NCBI RefSeq assembly: GCF_006345805.1
Contig: NC_043011.1
Coordinates: 14,830,464 to 14,894,463 of the forward strand
DNA length: 64,000 nucleotides
DNA from: Octopus sinensis
Taxonomy: Eukaryota
Direction: 5' to 3'
A model generated the notes under the pieces. That model saw only the letters and a program-made list of their open reading frames with translations, was not told the origin of the DNA and ran no database searches. The position numbers were made by a program, and so were the translations under genes. Below, one piece after another: positions 25,170 through 39,554 of the stretch (its first letter is position 1; the number at the start of each line of letters is the position of its first letter).

Positions 25170-25570
25170 CAGGTGTGGATGTGTGGTAAGAAGTTTGCTT
25201 GCCAACCACATGGTCCTGGGTTCAGTCCCACTGCGTGGCACCTTGGGCAAGTGTCTTCTACCTTGTGAGGCAGTTTGGTTGACAGAAACTGAGAAAAGTC
25301 TGTCGCATATATAGATATATATATATATATATGTATGTATATATTTATGTGTGTGTGTCTTTGTGTCTATGCTTGTCCCTCCATCATTTGTCAACCGATG
25401 TTGGTGTGTTTACATCCCCATAACTTAGTGGTTTGGCAAAAGAGACCGATTGAATAAGTACTAGGCCTACAAAGAATAAGTCCTGGGGTTGATTTCTTCA
25501 ACTAAAAGAAAACTCTTTTAAGGCAGTGCTCTAGCATGGCCACAGTCAAATGACTGAAAGAATAAAAGAC
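25170..25570 (+). mobile_element. SINE-like repeat family 2
   Basis: Head GGTGTGGATGTGTGGTAAGAAGTTTGCTTGCCAACCACATGG to tail CAAATGACTGAAAGAATAAAAGA. Confidence 0.9.
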
Positions 25571-25994
25571 TATGCGTATGTGTGTATGTATGTAGATAGA
25601 GAAATATAGATATCTTAATGTTTGTGTCTATGTGTCTTGTATATAAAAACAGCCACGCATTAGACTGAAGGATCACTTAATACTATTCAGAAGAGCTACT
25701 CTTGCAAGGAAAAAGCTGACTATTACTTCAAAGTCTTGGCTTAGTAGCATTTAGCAGATGGTAAATTCCTTTGGTCTTCCAAGCCTTACATGTGTATATG
25801 GGGTTCATTTAGTGGGTGGGGCAATATGATTACAAAGAAGGTGATGAACCCACAAAAGTGGATGTACAACTTAGAAAAGCAAAGTAATTTACAGTCTGAG
25901 GAAGACTACTGAACCAAAACTTCAAAGTAAATCTCAACATTTTCACTTACAAAAATAGAGTAAAATGTGTGTATGTGTGTGTAAATATACACAT

Positions 25995-25995
25995 A

Positions 25996-26026
<31 letters not shown>

Positions 26027-26045
26027 GTTATTGTTGTTGTTGTTG

Positions 26046-26086
<41 letters not shown>

Positions 26087-26183
26087 GTTATTGTTATCAT
26101 CATCATCATTATTATTATTGTTACTGTTATCATCATCATCATCATCATCATCATTATTATTATTGTTATCATCATCATCATCA

Positions 26184-26255
<72 letters not shown>

Positions 26256-26262
26256 GTTATTA

Positions 26263-26294
<32 letters not shown>

Positions 26295-26361
26295 GTTATT
26301 ATCATCATCATCATTATTATTATTATTGTTATTGTTATCATCATCATCATCATCATCATCA

Positions 26362-26404
<43 letters not shown>

Positions 26405-26450
26405 TATTATTATTATTAGTATTATTTGTTAGTAGTAGTAGTAGTCGTAG
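25995..26450. repeat. Compound (TAT)n/(TGT)n/(CAT)n trinucleotide tract
   Basis: Direct inspection; source of poly-Y/L/I/N pseudo-ORFs. Confidence 0.97.
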
Positions 26451-26672
26451 AAGTTGCAGTATATATTTTCAATTTTTTACAAGTTTGAAATGAGTTGTTA
26501 GCAGTATGACATTATACAAGTATAAATATTTGAGAATACAGAGATAAAGGATTGGCTAACTGTACTAAACACTAACAACCCCCACTCCCATCTCCACCAC
26601 ACACACACAAACATTAGAATCAGAAAATGTTCAGTAAGAATGTGTGTATCTATACACATATACATATGTGTA

Positions 26673-26703
<31 letters not shown>

Positions 26704-26744
26704 TTGATTTATATATATATATATATATATGAATATATATATAC

Positions 26745-26813
<69 letters not shown>

Positions 26814-26831
26814 CACACACACACAAACACA

Positions 26832-26832
<1 letters not shown>

Positions 26833-26862
<30 letters not shown>

Positions 26863-27280
26863 GTTTAACGTCCGTTCTCCATGCTAGCATGGGTTGGACG
26901 GTTCGACCGGGGATCTGGGAAGCCAGAAGGCTGCACCAGGCTCCAGTCTAATCTGGCAATGTTTCTACAGCTGGATGCCCTTCCTAACGCCAACCACTCC
27001 GTGAGTGTAGTGGGTGCTTTTTACGTGCTACCTGCACAGGTGCCAGGTGAGGCTGGCAACGGCCACGGTCGGATTGGTATATTTTATGTGCCACCGGCAC
27101 GGAAGCCAGTCGAGGCGGTGCTGGCATCGGCCACGTCGGATAGTGCTTTTTACGTACCACCAAACCAGGGATCCTGGCTGGTTCAATTCGATTTCGATTT
27201 CGCTTGCCCCAACATGTCTTCACAAGCAAAGGGGGTTGGCATGGGTGCCTGTCGTACGGTCGGATTGGAGTTTTTTACAG
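26833..27280 (-). mobile_element. Retroposon family 3 (young, CpG-rich copy)
   Basis: (CAT)n tail, core and internal subrepeats. Confidence 0.85.
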
Positions 27281-27281
27281 G

Positions 27282-27640
27282 TGCAGGAGTGGCTGTGTGG
27301 TAAACAGCTTGCTTACCAACCACATGGTTCTGGGTTCAGTCCCACTGCGTGACACCTTGAGCAAGTGTCTTCCACTATAGCCTTGGGCCAACCAAACCCT
27401 TCTGAGTGGATCTGGTAGACGGAAACTGAAAGATGCCACTGTGTATATGTATATATGTGTGTGTGTGTGTGTGTTTGTCCCTCCACCATCGCTTGACAAT
27501 CGATGCGGGTGTGTTTAATCCCCGTAACCTAGTGGTTCAAAAAAAGAGACCGATAGAATAAGTCCTGGGGTCAAATTGTTCAATGAAAGGCGGTGCTCCA
27601 GCATGGCCACAGTCAAATTAAAACAAATAAAAGACTAAAA
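27282..27640 (+). mobile_element. SINE-like repeat family 2
   Basis: GGTGCAGGAGTGGCTGTGTGGTAAACAGCTTGC head through CAGCATGGCCACAGTCAAA tail. Confidence 0.9.
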
Positions 27641-29580
27641 GAATATATGTTTACATACTAACAATAGATGTAACTTTAATGGAAAAATCCATTCCCATCT
27701 GCAATATTACTATTTCCAAATAATTTCACCCTGTGTTATCTTGTTTGTTTTTTTATTTTAAATACTCCTAGAATGATTTGTTTTTCCTACTTTCTCTCAT
27801 CCATATTATCATAATTGGTAGCACTATATTCCCGCTATTTCTGTATATACTGATCACTTCTCTGGGTATGTACAGATCACTTCCATGTTTTGCCAACTGC
27901 AGAGAATATGCTTTATCTCCTTATTAGTGATACAAACAAGAGTACATTTTGCACTAAACACCAATACAAGAGCTTCTCTCATGGCTGCTACCACAGTATA
28001 GTTTGTTCTAACAGAACATTCATGTTTAAATGGGGATAAATATTACCTCGATATGCCTTATGTACAATTGTTTTCAGCAGCTGGCTTTAAAGACAAAATC
28101 CATTCCTATTGGCATCATTATTATTTTCCAAAAACTTTCATTGGTTGATTTATTGGAACTATCTTCCCACTTGTTATTATTTTTATTTTAAAAGTTTTGG
28201 AGGAAGGTTTTGCCTACTCATTGCATTAAGAATCTCAACAATCTAAGATTTTCAGTTTATTTCATTGCATACATGAAAAGCTACAGTAATTATATTTGGT
28301 ATGTTCCCTTTCTAAAATATTTCCCCTCAGACACATTGCAGTCGATAAAGAGTTTCTGTGTATTGTATAAAGGAAAACAGGATTATATTTAATTGAATGT
28401 CTTACATCTGTTAGAAAATATTCTAAAATTCTTAACGAGTATTTTTAGACTGTATTTATAGCTTACAATTATAAAATTCATAAAGGGGATAAAATATCTA
28501 ATTCAGTGTCAGTTTATAGTAAATTAATATATTTAATAAACTGACAGCAATAAAAAGTCAGTTGAATTTTATAGAAATCTGAATTGATATTAAAGAAATT
28601 TTGAGAATAATTTTATTCCATTGGTGTAATTGTTTGTATCAATTTGCTCTGAATTTATTTTATATTTGATATGTTCAGTTATTGTTCATGACAAGAAATG
28701 TAAATTTAGTCTAGAATTAAGAAAGCACAGTGCAAACACCTGCTTACAATTCATAATTTGATCGAGTCTAGCAACAAGATATGAGATTATATATTTGCTA
28801 TTAAACTTGGTGCTGGCTTTGGTCAGTGAAATAATTTATGTATACTTTGGTCAGTGAAATAATTTATGTATACTCTAAATAATTAAAAAGAAAATGAAAA
28901 ATGTAAAACTGAAGAATATGATGATGTTGAGAGAGAGATGTGGTTATTTATAAGCTGAGACAGTATGCTGACAACTTTTAGTCACAGTTTCTTTTTCCCA
29001 TTCAAGCAGGAAAAGAAACCGTACTTTGACTTCTCAAATTCAAGAAGTGTAAATGAAAGAGATGAACAGAGTTTATTTGTTAGGACTCTGGCAGAGATGA
29101 ACTCAAAGATCTAGTCCTCGGTAATGTGATAGGATCAAAAGTAAAATGTTGCCTCGTAAGAACATATGAATGAGTTATTCCTTGTTTACAAACTGGTTCA
29201 TAATTTTCTTCCTTGTATTCCATTAAAATCAAATAAATCATCTAACTGTGTGAATTGATAATTAAATCAGCTGAAGAATTGATGTTTTGTATAACTATTT
29301 TGGGACACATAAACACACATTTGAGCCCAAACAGACAAGGTTCAGACAATAATCTATTACAGACCATCGCTCTATGTAGGGGGAATTCTATCTTTTACCT
29401 ATCAAATATTATGAGAACAAACATATTCTATTATCAATGAGATTAAAAAAACGAAAAAATTATAATCACAAGATGTCATATTTTTCATTAGTGAATCACC
29501 TAATTGTATGCCAGGATGTGTTCTGTTTCATTGCAGTAACATGTAATGAATTAATTAGTATGCACACACACACATGCAAG

Positions 29581-29612
<32 letters not shown>

Positions 29613-30379
29613 CACACACACACACATACACACATACACACACACAAAGAGGAAGCTGATTGAAAAGGAAAATGTTAAAATAACATCTAGTCAGAATACA
29701 ATTAAGTGCCTTATTTTTCAAAACTGTGCAAAAGCATCATTTTACTAAATATTTCCTGAAAATAAAAAATTTAAAAATTCGACAAGACTTTATAACAATC
29801 ATTTATCAATGTGCTAGAATTTCTTTCTTTTGTGCTTGTGTCAGGTGTGTGTAACTAAAATACTAAAGTTTCTAAAACCTCTACTGTTTCTAAACATAAA
29901 CTATATCCACTCTATTACTACTAATAATAATACTAATCTACTGGTTTGCTGACGCCATGGTTTAGTAATAATATCATTATTTTGGTTGCTGTGACTTATT
30001 CAAGGGTCAGTTTTGATTGAGCAGATCTGTACTCCAAAACATGCCAGACATGACCTTCGTTCTTTTCTCAGAAACACATCTAATGTTTTGTTTTTTAAGA
30101 CAGTCAAATGTTATTTGGTTCCTGTTTCTATCAGTAATGGTTCTCTTTGGGTTGTTAGCATTAATGCAGAAATACTTTCTAATATATAGACAAAGTCAGT
30201 TTTAGAATTTGGTAGAGCAGTTCAGATACAATATAAGTATTAAATATCTGAGCTGACAAAAAAAAAATCGAGATATATGGTGCCATGCTGTATTCAAGAA
30301 GACCTGTCCTCTACAGCAGAAGTGTTAAGGATGCCCACACCTGATGAAGAGGATTGAGTCCTGTGCTCGTATAATGTAA

Positions 30380-30570
30380 AAAGCACTTCTGCCAGTATTG
30401 CATATAAGTATTCATGCTAGTGCCATGTTAAAAGCACCCAGTACATGCTGTAAATTGTTTGGAGTTAGGAAGGGCATCCAGCTCTTGAAAAAAAGTCAGA
30501 TTAGACTGGAACCTGGTGCAGTTCTTTGGCTGCCAGCCCTGGTCAAACTGTCCAACCCATTCCAGCGTGG
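30380..30570 (+). mobile_element. Degenerate family 3 copy
   Basis: AAAAGCACCCAGTACA..GGAGTTAGGAAGGGCATCCAGC..TCCAACCCATTCCAGCGTGGAA. Confidence 0.7.
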
Positions 30571-30705
30571 AATAGCATCTCATATTTTCTACCTTAGTAT
30601 ATTAAAGGCATTATTGTAGTATTACTTTCACACGGCTCTAAGAAAGATAATAAAACAATGTTGTTCAAAAGAGTTGCAATAAATTTCACAAATTTAGAAA
30701 TATAC

Positions 30706-31060
30706 TCTTTTACTTGTTTCAGTCATTTGACTGCGGCCATGCTGGAGCACTACCTTTAGTTGAGGAAATTGAGCCCAGGACTTATTCTTTGTAAGCCTAG
30801 TACTTATTCTATCGGTCTCTTTTGCCGAACTGCTAAGTTACGGGGACGTAAACACACCAGCATCGGATGTCAGGTGATGTTTGGGGAACAGACACACAAA
30901 CACACACATATATGCATGTACATATATACAACAGGCTGCTTTCAGTTTCTGTCTACCAAATCCACTCACAAGGCTTTGGTCAGCCCGAAGCAATAGTAGA
31001 AGACACTTGCCCAAGGTGCCACACAGTGGGGCTGAACCCAGAACCATGTGGTTGGTAAGC
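30706..31060 (-). mobile_element. SINE-like repeat family 2
   Basis: Reverse copy, head truncated. Confidence 0.9.
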
Positions 31061-32193
31061 ATATATTTTAGTCTAATTATTTTAAAGCCTTATTTTCATT
31101 CAACTGCTTCAATGTTTAATTGATTATTGCTGTGAAAGATGGCTGAAGCATCATACAGCTGTGCAATAATATATGATGTAGTATTCCTAGAATGGTAAAA
31201 AAAATTTATCTCTCAGAACAGCACTACCTATTTTGGTGTACTGAACCATTGAACCGCTGATGAAATGAATGCAAATCATTTCCTCTAATTTTGCAATGTT
31301 TCTGTGAATTAAAATTTCATGTGGAATTCAGTTTGAAAGAAACCGTTGTATAATGGCATAAATCATGTTTTTATCTACAGTCAACCCATAACTGTCTCTT
31401 ATCAATGTATAAAATAATTCATAATCTCTAATGAAGCAGAATATTTTTCGTGAAGTAGGTGTTTGAGAATAAATAAAAATAAGAATAAACATTAACAGAT
31501 TTTATCTAATATCAATTATTTTGAAAAAAAAAAAGGGGGAAAAAAAAAAGAAAGAAAAATGGCAAGATTAGGTAAAAATTATCTTCTGAGGAAATGTTCG
31601 ATTAGAAATCTAAATATATGTGGTGTGAAATTAGGATTAGAATATTGATTAGCTATTGATTATTTTCACAATATCCTGAATAACTATTCTTATTTCTGGT
31701 TGGCAGACAAATGTTATTATCTTTATCTTTTCTATATAATTAAAGAAAAAAAAAATCCTAATTAGCTTGACTCTATTAATCAGCCATATTTTGAAACAGT
31801 GGCTGGAAGATAAAACATATTTTAGTTTAGTAAATTAATACATTTGAACACATAGACTTAAAGACTGTAAGTCACAAGTCTACTGCTTATTTCAAGGCTA
31901 CCAATGTGGTCTATTGTCCAAACATAACATTAGGCATTTCTGGTCTGCTTGTAGAAGGCTTGAATATCTACCCCAAGAAAGTATGTTCTTTAGGTGTAGG
32001 GCAAGGCAATAGTTTTTTTCTTGTGGAAGACTTGGCATTGCTGGTGCATGAAAATTTTATCTTTCTTCACCATGGCACCAGTATTGTGCAAGGAAGAGAC
32101 AGGGTTAATACAGCTTGGCACCAGAGTCCCACAATTATTGCTATCAGAATGGTGAGACAAAACAGCTGTATGCCATCGGACACAACACTTTAA

Positions 32194-32745
<552 letters not shown>

Positions 32746-33125
32746 TGTACATAAGTATAAATACTTTATATTCTTCTGTACTTTCATTCTGGTGGCATTT
32801 TAGTCTTACTATGAGAAAAGGTTGCTTGACCCTTGCTCAAAACATCTCCATATCTGGAGAAAGAGACATGGTGTGTGTTCTCTGATTATTTGTTCTGAGA
32901 GCGCTGCTCAGCAGACTTGGATAGGGAGAAAGAAGAGTCAAGTTCTTAGTACTTGAAACTTGACTGACATTTTATTTATTGACTTGGAAGAATGAAATGT
33001 AGAGTTCATCTCTGTGGGATTTGAACTTCTGGTGCAGGGAATCAGAAAAACTAATATTCCTAAAACTAATAACTCTGCCAACTCAAAACCATCTATCTAT
33101 CTGTCTGTCAGTTTGTCTGTCTGTC

Positions 33126-33228
33126 CATATATATATATATATATATATATATATGGACAGACAGACATATATATACATACATACATATATATATACATAC
33201 ATATATATATATACATATATATATACAT

Positions 33229-33267
<39 letters not shown>

Positions 33268-33373
33268 CATACATACATACATACATATATATATACATAC
33301 ATATATAATATATATATATATATATATATTATATATACATACATATATATATATGTATATATATATATATGTA

Positions 33374-33424
<51 letters not shown>

Positions 33425-33469
33425 ATATATATTATATATATGTATATATATATATATATACATACATAC

Positions 33470-33518
<49 letters not shown>

Positions 33519-33645
33519 TATATATATATACATACATATATATATACATACATATATTATATATACATATATATGCATACATATATATATATACATACAT
33601 ATATATATACATACATATATATATATACATACATATATATATATA

Positions 33646-33720
<75 letters not shown>
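33126..33720. repeat. Long (TA)n/(TACA)n microsatellite
   Basis: Direct inspection. Confidence 0.98.
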
Positions 33721-35992
33721 GAAGTCTTCATTTTGCATAACCTTTCTGTTTTGAATTAAATGTTACATATTTTATAGTTATGTTAAGAATCTTCGTTCTC
33801 CATAAATCTAGAATGTTCCATATCGAAAATAACTTCAAGTCATATGTGTTATCCTAACTTCTCCCTTGATCTATATGCATATGTAGCTAGAAAGTTTATA
33901 TGATAACCACTATACCAAGCTTAGTGTAGGAATTATTTAACTGTACAAGTGATACATTCTTTGCCATTTTCTCAATAAACATAGTTTGTCTGTATCAGTA
34001 AATGCCTCCAATTGTCCTCTACTCATTTAGGGTCCTGTGGGTGGTGGATTTGCTCAGGCCATGGGGCAGAATTCAAACTTAGAATGCGCAAAGCTGGAGC
34101 AGACATCAGAAAACATCTCATTTGCTGTTATATCAATTCTACAACCTACTCTCATGGACTGATTCTCAATAAATCAACCCTGAAAGACAGAAGAGCAGAT
34201 TTATGCTTGGCAAGATTTGAACTCAGAATGGACAGAATTGGAATAAATACTGAATGGTATTTAACCCAATGCTCTCAGGTCTCTGGTAAATTGCTGCATT
34301 TTTCTCCATTCTGTATTTGTAATATGATTAAACCATGGGTTTGTCAGTTAGAAGTGCAATTACAGGAAGCTGAGGCTTATCAGATTACAACATTGAGGGA
34401 GAAAAGCAGAGTATATGTATTACATAGAGTGACACACTTGTTTACAAGTGCATGTAGACATAGATTTATGAATGCTAATGCAAAGCCATGCTACATAGGT
34501 TAACATTGAGGTAAAACAATAAAAGCTTAGTTTGAACCTGTCTCATGACAATCATCATAGTTTGCCAGCAGGAATTTGGCTAATAGCAGCAACAGCAACA
34601 AAAGAAACCAAATGAGACAAAAGAAATGAAATGAGATGGTAGAGGAAAAAAAAAAGTCTAAAGACATTCATGGCATTAAAAATAAAATAAAATAAAAATA
34701 ACTTAAACATTCAAATTAAATAAAAAAACAAAAACAAAAGTGGAGACAAATATAATTAAACAAAAGCAAATGAATACAAAAAACATAAATAACAGTAATT
34801 AATAGAAATCCTAGAAAAGAACACAAAAGAAAAATACTGGAAAAAAAAACACAAAACCAAATACAATAAAAAAATGAAAAGCAAAAGTCAACTATATGAG
34901 ACACACATACTTACACTCAGGCATAAATACATACAGACACACATATAAACAACTACACAATAATATGAAAAGAGCAAAAGAATTGAAATCATATGACTAA
35001 CATTGGTTAATTGTTGTTTGTATTTGAATAATGGTCTTTAAGACTGGAAATCAAAACAAAGAATTTGACGAGGCTATTGAAGGGATGTGGCTGTTTGCAT
35101 CAGCACTAATATCAATAACCATTTGTCTCTATGTCAACAGGTTCTCATAGATAGAATTGTATTCTGTAAAGAAAGCTGTGAACATTTCTTTGGAAGAAAT
35201 CCTCATTGTTATGTTATGTTGAGATATTTATTAATAAAACCACGATGGTGGGTGTTTGGAGAATATTGAAGAATGCAATTTTATTTAATTTGATGTGATT
35301 TTTCTTTAATTTTTTTTTTTTTTTTGTCAAGTAATATCTGATAGAAAAATATAAAATTCAATGGGAAAGGGAAATCACTTCAAAGCTGTTCTCATAAATC
35401 TTCCAAAGCTGAAATGTAAACAGCAAGATTGTATAGCCATTAATGTGTCTGTGCATCATAATCTTAGTTTTATCAGTTACAAAGTTTAGTGATGTTCTAT
35501 GGAACCATTTCGTATAAAAAAATATATATTGTAATGGAAATGTGAACCTAAACAGAATTATAAGTCAATGTCTTAGCCACCTCTATTATTGGGACATATA
35601 TATTTAATCAACCATAAATTTAATCTATATGAATCACCATAGAAGTAGAAGGCAAGTGATAGGTCTGGTGAGTTTGCAATCAAGTTTTGATTCCCAACTC
35701 TATTTTCTCATATATTTTTGAAGCTTTTTGAAAAGTTATGCACATTTAACACTCATTTCATCCTCCCGTGAAATTATTATGACTCATGCTTATTTGGAGA
35801 ACATAGCATGATGTTACTATATTGCGTTTCCTTTATCCATAAACAGATATAAGTACTTATGGAAACGACTGTTCTCTGAGAAATGTTTCTACCTAGAAAA
35901 TGCCGACCTTCCTACTTTCTCATTTCATTCACCATCATTTGTATAACAAGTACGTGGTTAAATTTCCTTTTGCATTGGTCTAAAATAGATTT

Positions 35993-36331
35993 ACGGAGAT
36001 GTACTTGCATAGCAAGTGACCTGATCTGAGATCGTGTGCTGGAACGAAAACAATTGCAGTGTGGAAGGTGTTTATAAGCCATTTAAGTAACACACAAAAA
36101 CCGTTAGATTCACTTCAACATTTAAATTTAATTTTTCAAAATATTTTTGTCACTTTGAGACCGCGACCTGTTCACTGACAAAGCTTCGTGCTGCATCTCA
36201 GTTTTGTCAGCGAACGGGTCACGGTCTCAAAACGACGAAAATATTTTGACAAATTAAATTTAAATGTTGAAGTGAATCTAACGGTTTTGTGTGTTTCTTA
36301 AATGGCTTATAAACACCTTCAACGCTGCAAT
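35993..36331. mobile_element. Foldback (hairpin) element flanked by a 12-bp direct repeat
   Basis: Inverted arms 36052-36182 / 36203-36332 with a ~20-nt loop. TAAAATAGATTT at 35981-35992 and 36332-36343. Confidence 0.85.
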
Positions 36332-37612
36332 TAAAATAGATTTGCCCTATTAAAAAAAACCCAAAACAAACATTATGGAGCTGAGATACTAAAAGTAAAA
36401 TCACTTTGGAAGAGATTTAAAGAAGGTTGCTAGGGAGAATCATGACTCGTGGGTTACTGTAATATGAAGTAGCACGCCCAGAATACTGTTAATGGAATGA
36501 ACTCCATTAAAGCTACCAGGGTGCCAGATAGTGACATGAAAACTCCCACCTTCAAACAGGTTGATTTGATGGATATCCGCATAGTTTCTGTCTACCTAAT
36601 TTCATTTACAAGGCATGGATTAACAAAATGAAATTGTAAAGCACACCTGTCTAAGGTGTTGCTCAGCAATGTTAGATCGGGAACTACTTTATTCTAAAAC
36701 AGCTGTGTGTTTGTGACCAAAAAAGACTGTGTCAGTGACGGAAAATAACGAATACATTCACAATATCAGTCCTTTATGATGTAATATGCAAATCATAAGT
36801 GTTTGTGTAAGAAAAACTCACTGGAAAGGCTATTAGTAAGTTTTGTTATCGCTCCCAGAAAGAAATCTGGTTCCTACTCGGTGGCAAGGTTAACCAAGAT
36901 GCATAGAATTCAGCATAATCTATAAGAAACGTAATTTCCATGGTTGTTTTATTGCTGTTTATGGGAAAGGTATGCAACTATACAGGTTAAATTATGGACA
37001 AAGTATTCTATCTCAGTTACCTTCGTGTAATTGAATGACAGCATGTATTGTATCTATTTGCAGCTTGCAAAAGAGTGTCTCAGTATTGTTCTGGCATTAT
37101 ACAAATATCAAAATTTTCAAAAGCCACCTACATATATTAACCTGAATATTCGAAGAATGGAGCCAGTATAGAAAAATTAAATAAAACACAAATACAAGAC
37201 AGTGAAATAAAAGAACGTAAAACAGTTTAAAAGAAAAGTAGGGCAGCCAAGCAATCGCACAACAATCAATATTCAAGCGCTGAAAAATGTTAAAATATAT
37301 TTTCAAGATTTTTAGCTAATTTTCTCTGAACAATAACTTTTAAAACATTTATTTATTCTTGCATTTCAGTATGTTCTTGGTGATTTCGTGGTTCAAAATA
37401 TTTATTTCCTTTCCACAATAACAGTTCAACTATGCAGCGAGTGACGTTAAAAACAAATCAATTCATTCAGTGTGGCATTTACTCTTCCACTCCAGTAAGT
37501 CTACTATTTAGTGTACATGATTAATGATTTGGTCACTATTACTTTAACATGTTTCACCTACATGCGTTCATTCTTAAGATAAGAATGGAAGCAACCCGAT
37601 ATGTTACTTTGA

Positions 37613-38722
37613 TATTGGGTTCGAAATTTGTGCGTGTGTGAATCATTTGGAATCTATTTTTTTCTCTGTTAATTTTAGTTAATTTTTGTGTATTTTCAGA
37701 TCATTAAAATGGAATGTCAAGTTAAGAAAAACGAGCATTTTCGACGCCACCTTTTTGCTTTTAATCAAGGTTCTAAGGCCGCAAAAGCTGCTCGCGACAT
37801 TTGTGCTGTGTATGGAGAGGGTGTCATAGCTGAACCGCTTGTGATTAGTATGGAAATTTTGACCTCAAAGACGTACCTCGTTCTGGCCGTCCAGTTGAGT
37901 TCGATGAAGAGCGATTAAACCAACTTTTCCTCGAAAATTCTCATCAAACAACAATTGAACTGGCAGAGAAAATGGAATGCTCCCACACTGCTATAGAGAA
38001 ATATCTTCACTCGAAGGGAAAGGTTCAGAAGTATGGAGCATGAGTTCCGCATGCTTTAAGTGACAACAACAAAAATCAGCGAGCCACAATCTCCGCCGGT
38101 TTGCTTGCTCGTCACCGCTCAACTCATGGACACAAGAAATAATTTCTTTACCGAATCGTTACTGGAGACGAAAAATGGTGCCTGTACATCAATATGAAGC
38201 AGCGTAAGGAATGGCTTAGCCCCGGTAAACAAGCGACACTACACGTGAAACAAGATCTTCATCCGCGTAAAACGATGTTGTGCGTATGGTGGGACTAGGA
38301 AGGGATTATCCATTACGAATTGTTTGAACGGAACCAAACGGTCAACACAGAACTCTATGATGGAATGACTCAACACGGCTATTCAAGAGAAAAGACCTAA
38401 TCGTCAGCTTGAAGTTCTGCTGCACGACAACGCCCGTCCTCATATCGCCAATGGGACCAAGGAAGCCATTCAAACGCATGGCTGGGAAGTGCTGCCACAC
38501 CCACCGCACTCTCCTGATTTGGCACCAACGGATTTCCACCTCTTTCGATCTCCTTCAAATGCTATGCGCGGAGTTTCGTTCAATACTGATGCAGAATTGA
38601 GAGCTTGGTTGGATCAAATTTTCGAGTTGAAATAGGGTGATTTCTACCAACGAGGTATTGAAAATCTTCTGGAACGTTAGGAAGAAGTTGTAAACAACAA
38701 GGGTGAATACATTATTGATTAA
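37613..38722 (+). mobile_element. Decayed mariner (Tc1/mariner, D,D34D) transposon
   Basis: ATG at 37709: MECQVKKNEHFRRHLFAFNQGSKAAKAARDICAVYGEG..., then across frameshifts SGRPVEFD, (W)VPHAL, IVTGDEKW, LLHDNARPH, HPPHSPDLAPTDFHLF, NKGEYIID*. Several in-frame stops and two small deletions. TA-TTGGGTT at 37613 may be the 5' TIR remnant. Confidence 0.95.
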
Positions 38723-39554
38723 TCAGTTGTTATTTTTTTTATTAAACCTTTTCAAAAATTAAAATAAAAACCCTAAACTATAATTAACACTCTCCCCCAA
38801 GTAGATACTGTTTACTGTAGACCAGAGCACCACGATGCACTGCTTGACAACTATAGAATATGGAAGAGGTTCATACATTCACTAATAATTTATGAAAATT
38901 AGGAATACCAGCATCCAACTATAAGTAAATAATTTTACAAATAGTATACAATGTGATTTTATTAGGCCAGTAATATTTCAGCAGGAGTCAGACACGAATG
39001 GATCGAGGCAGGATAACAAACGTGGTATCAAAATGGACCTTCACCTGGAAAATAAAATCCTGGACATCCAAAGAATATTTGGCTTGGAACAGTTGAAGGC
39101 AAGCTGGAGGAAATTGATCTTAAATTGTAAAAGTCACTGAAAGACAGCCCGATTGTCTGTTCATGTATCAATGTAAGCTATCTATATACTCCTGGTATAA
39201 GACTGAAGGAAATAATCAACGGTGTTGTTAAACTTAAACAAATATGAACAGAAATATAAGAAACTTCAATGTTGAAACTATTGTCGAAGATTTCCTTCTA
39301 TTTCTTTTGTTTCGCGTTTTCCGTGTCTCTTTAACTAGTTCAAATAACTCGGTGTAAGTCAGAGAAAATCACTGATAAATTACGCCCATTAGTTCTCGTG
39401 GTAAAAACTTTTTGACACTCCAAGAAAATGTATTGATCTTAGAATCAATGATAAAAATACGAAAAGAAAAACTTTTCTTTTTTTACTTCTGTACTTATTT
39501 GATATTTCTATTCATGAGGTAAATGCTAGAATGTTAGACGCAAATTTCAGTTTG

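Noticed and set aside
31906-32193. 95-aa plus ORF and other short exon-like segments (22367, 24322, 28015, 29010, 34348, 40790, 43130, 52996, 59236, 61411)
   Set aside because: Splice-like signals and open frames occur on both strands at about chance frequency. No consistent multi-exon model or recognisable homology could be built by eye.
34012-34503. 163-aa ORF
   Set aside because: The first half runs through degenerate SINE family 4 fragments, and the remainder has no recognisable domain.
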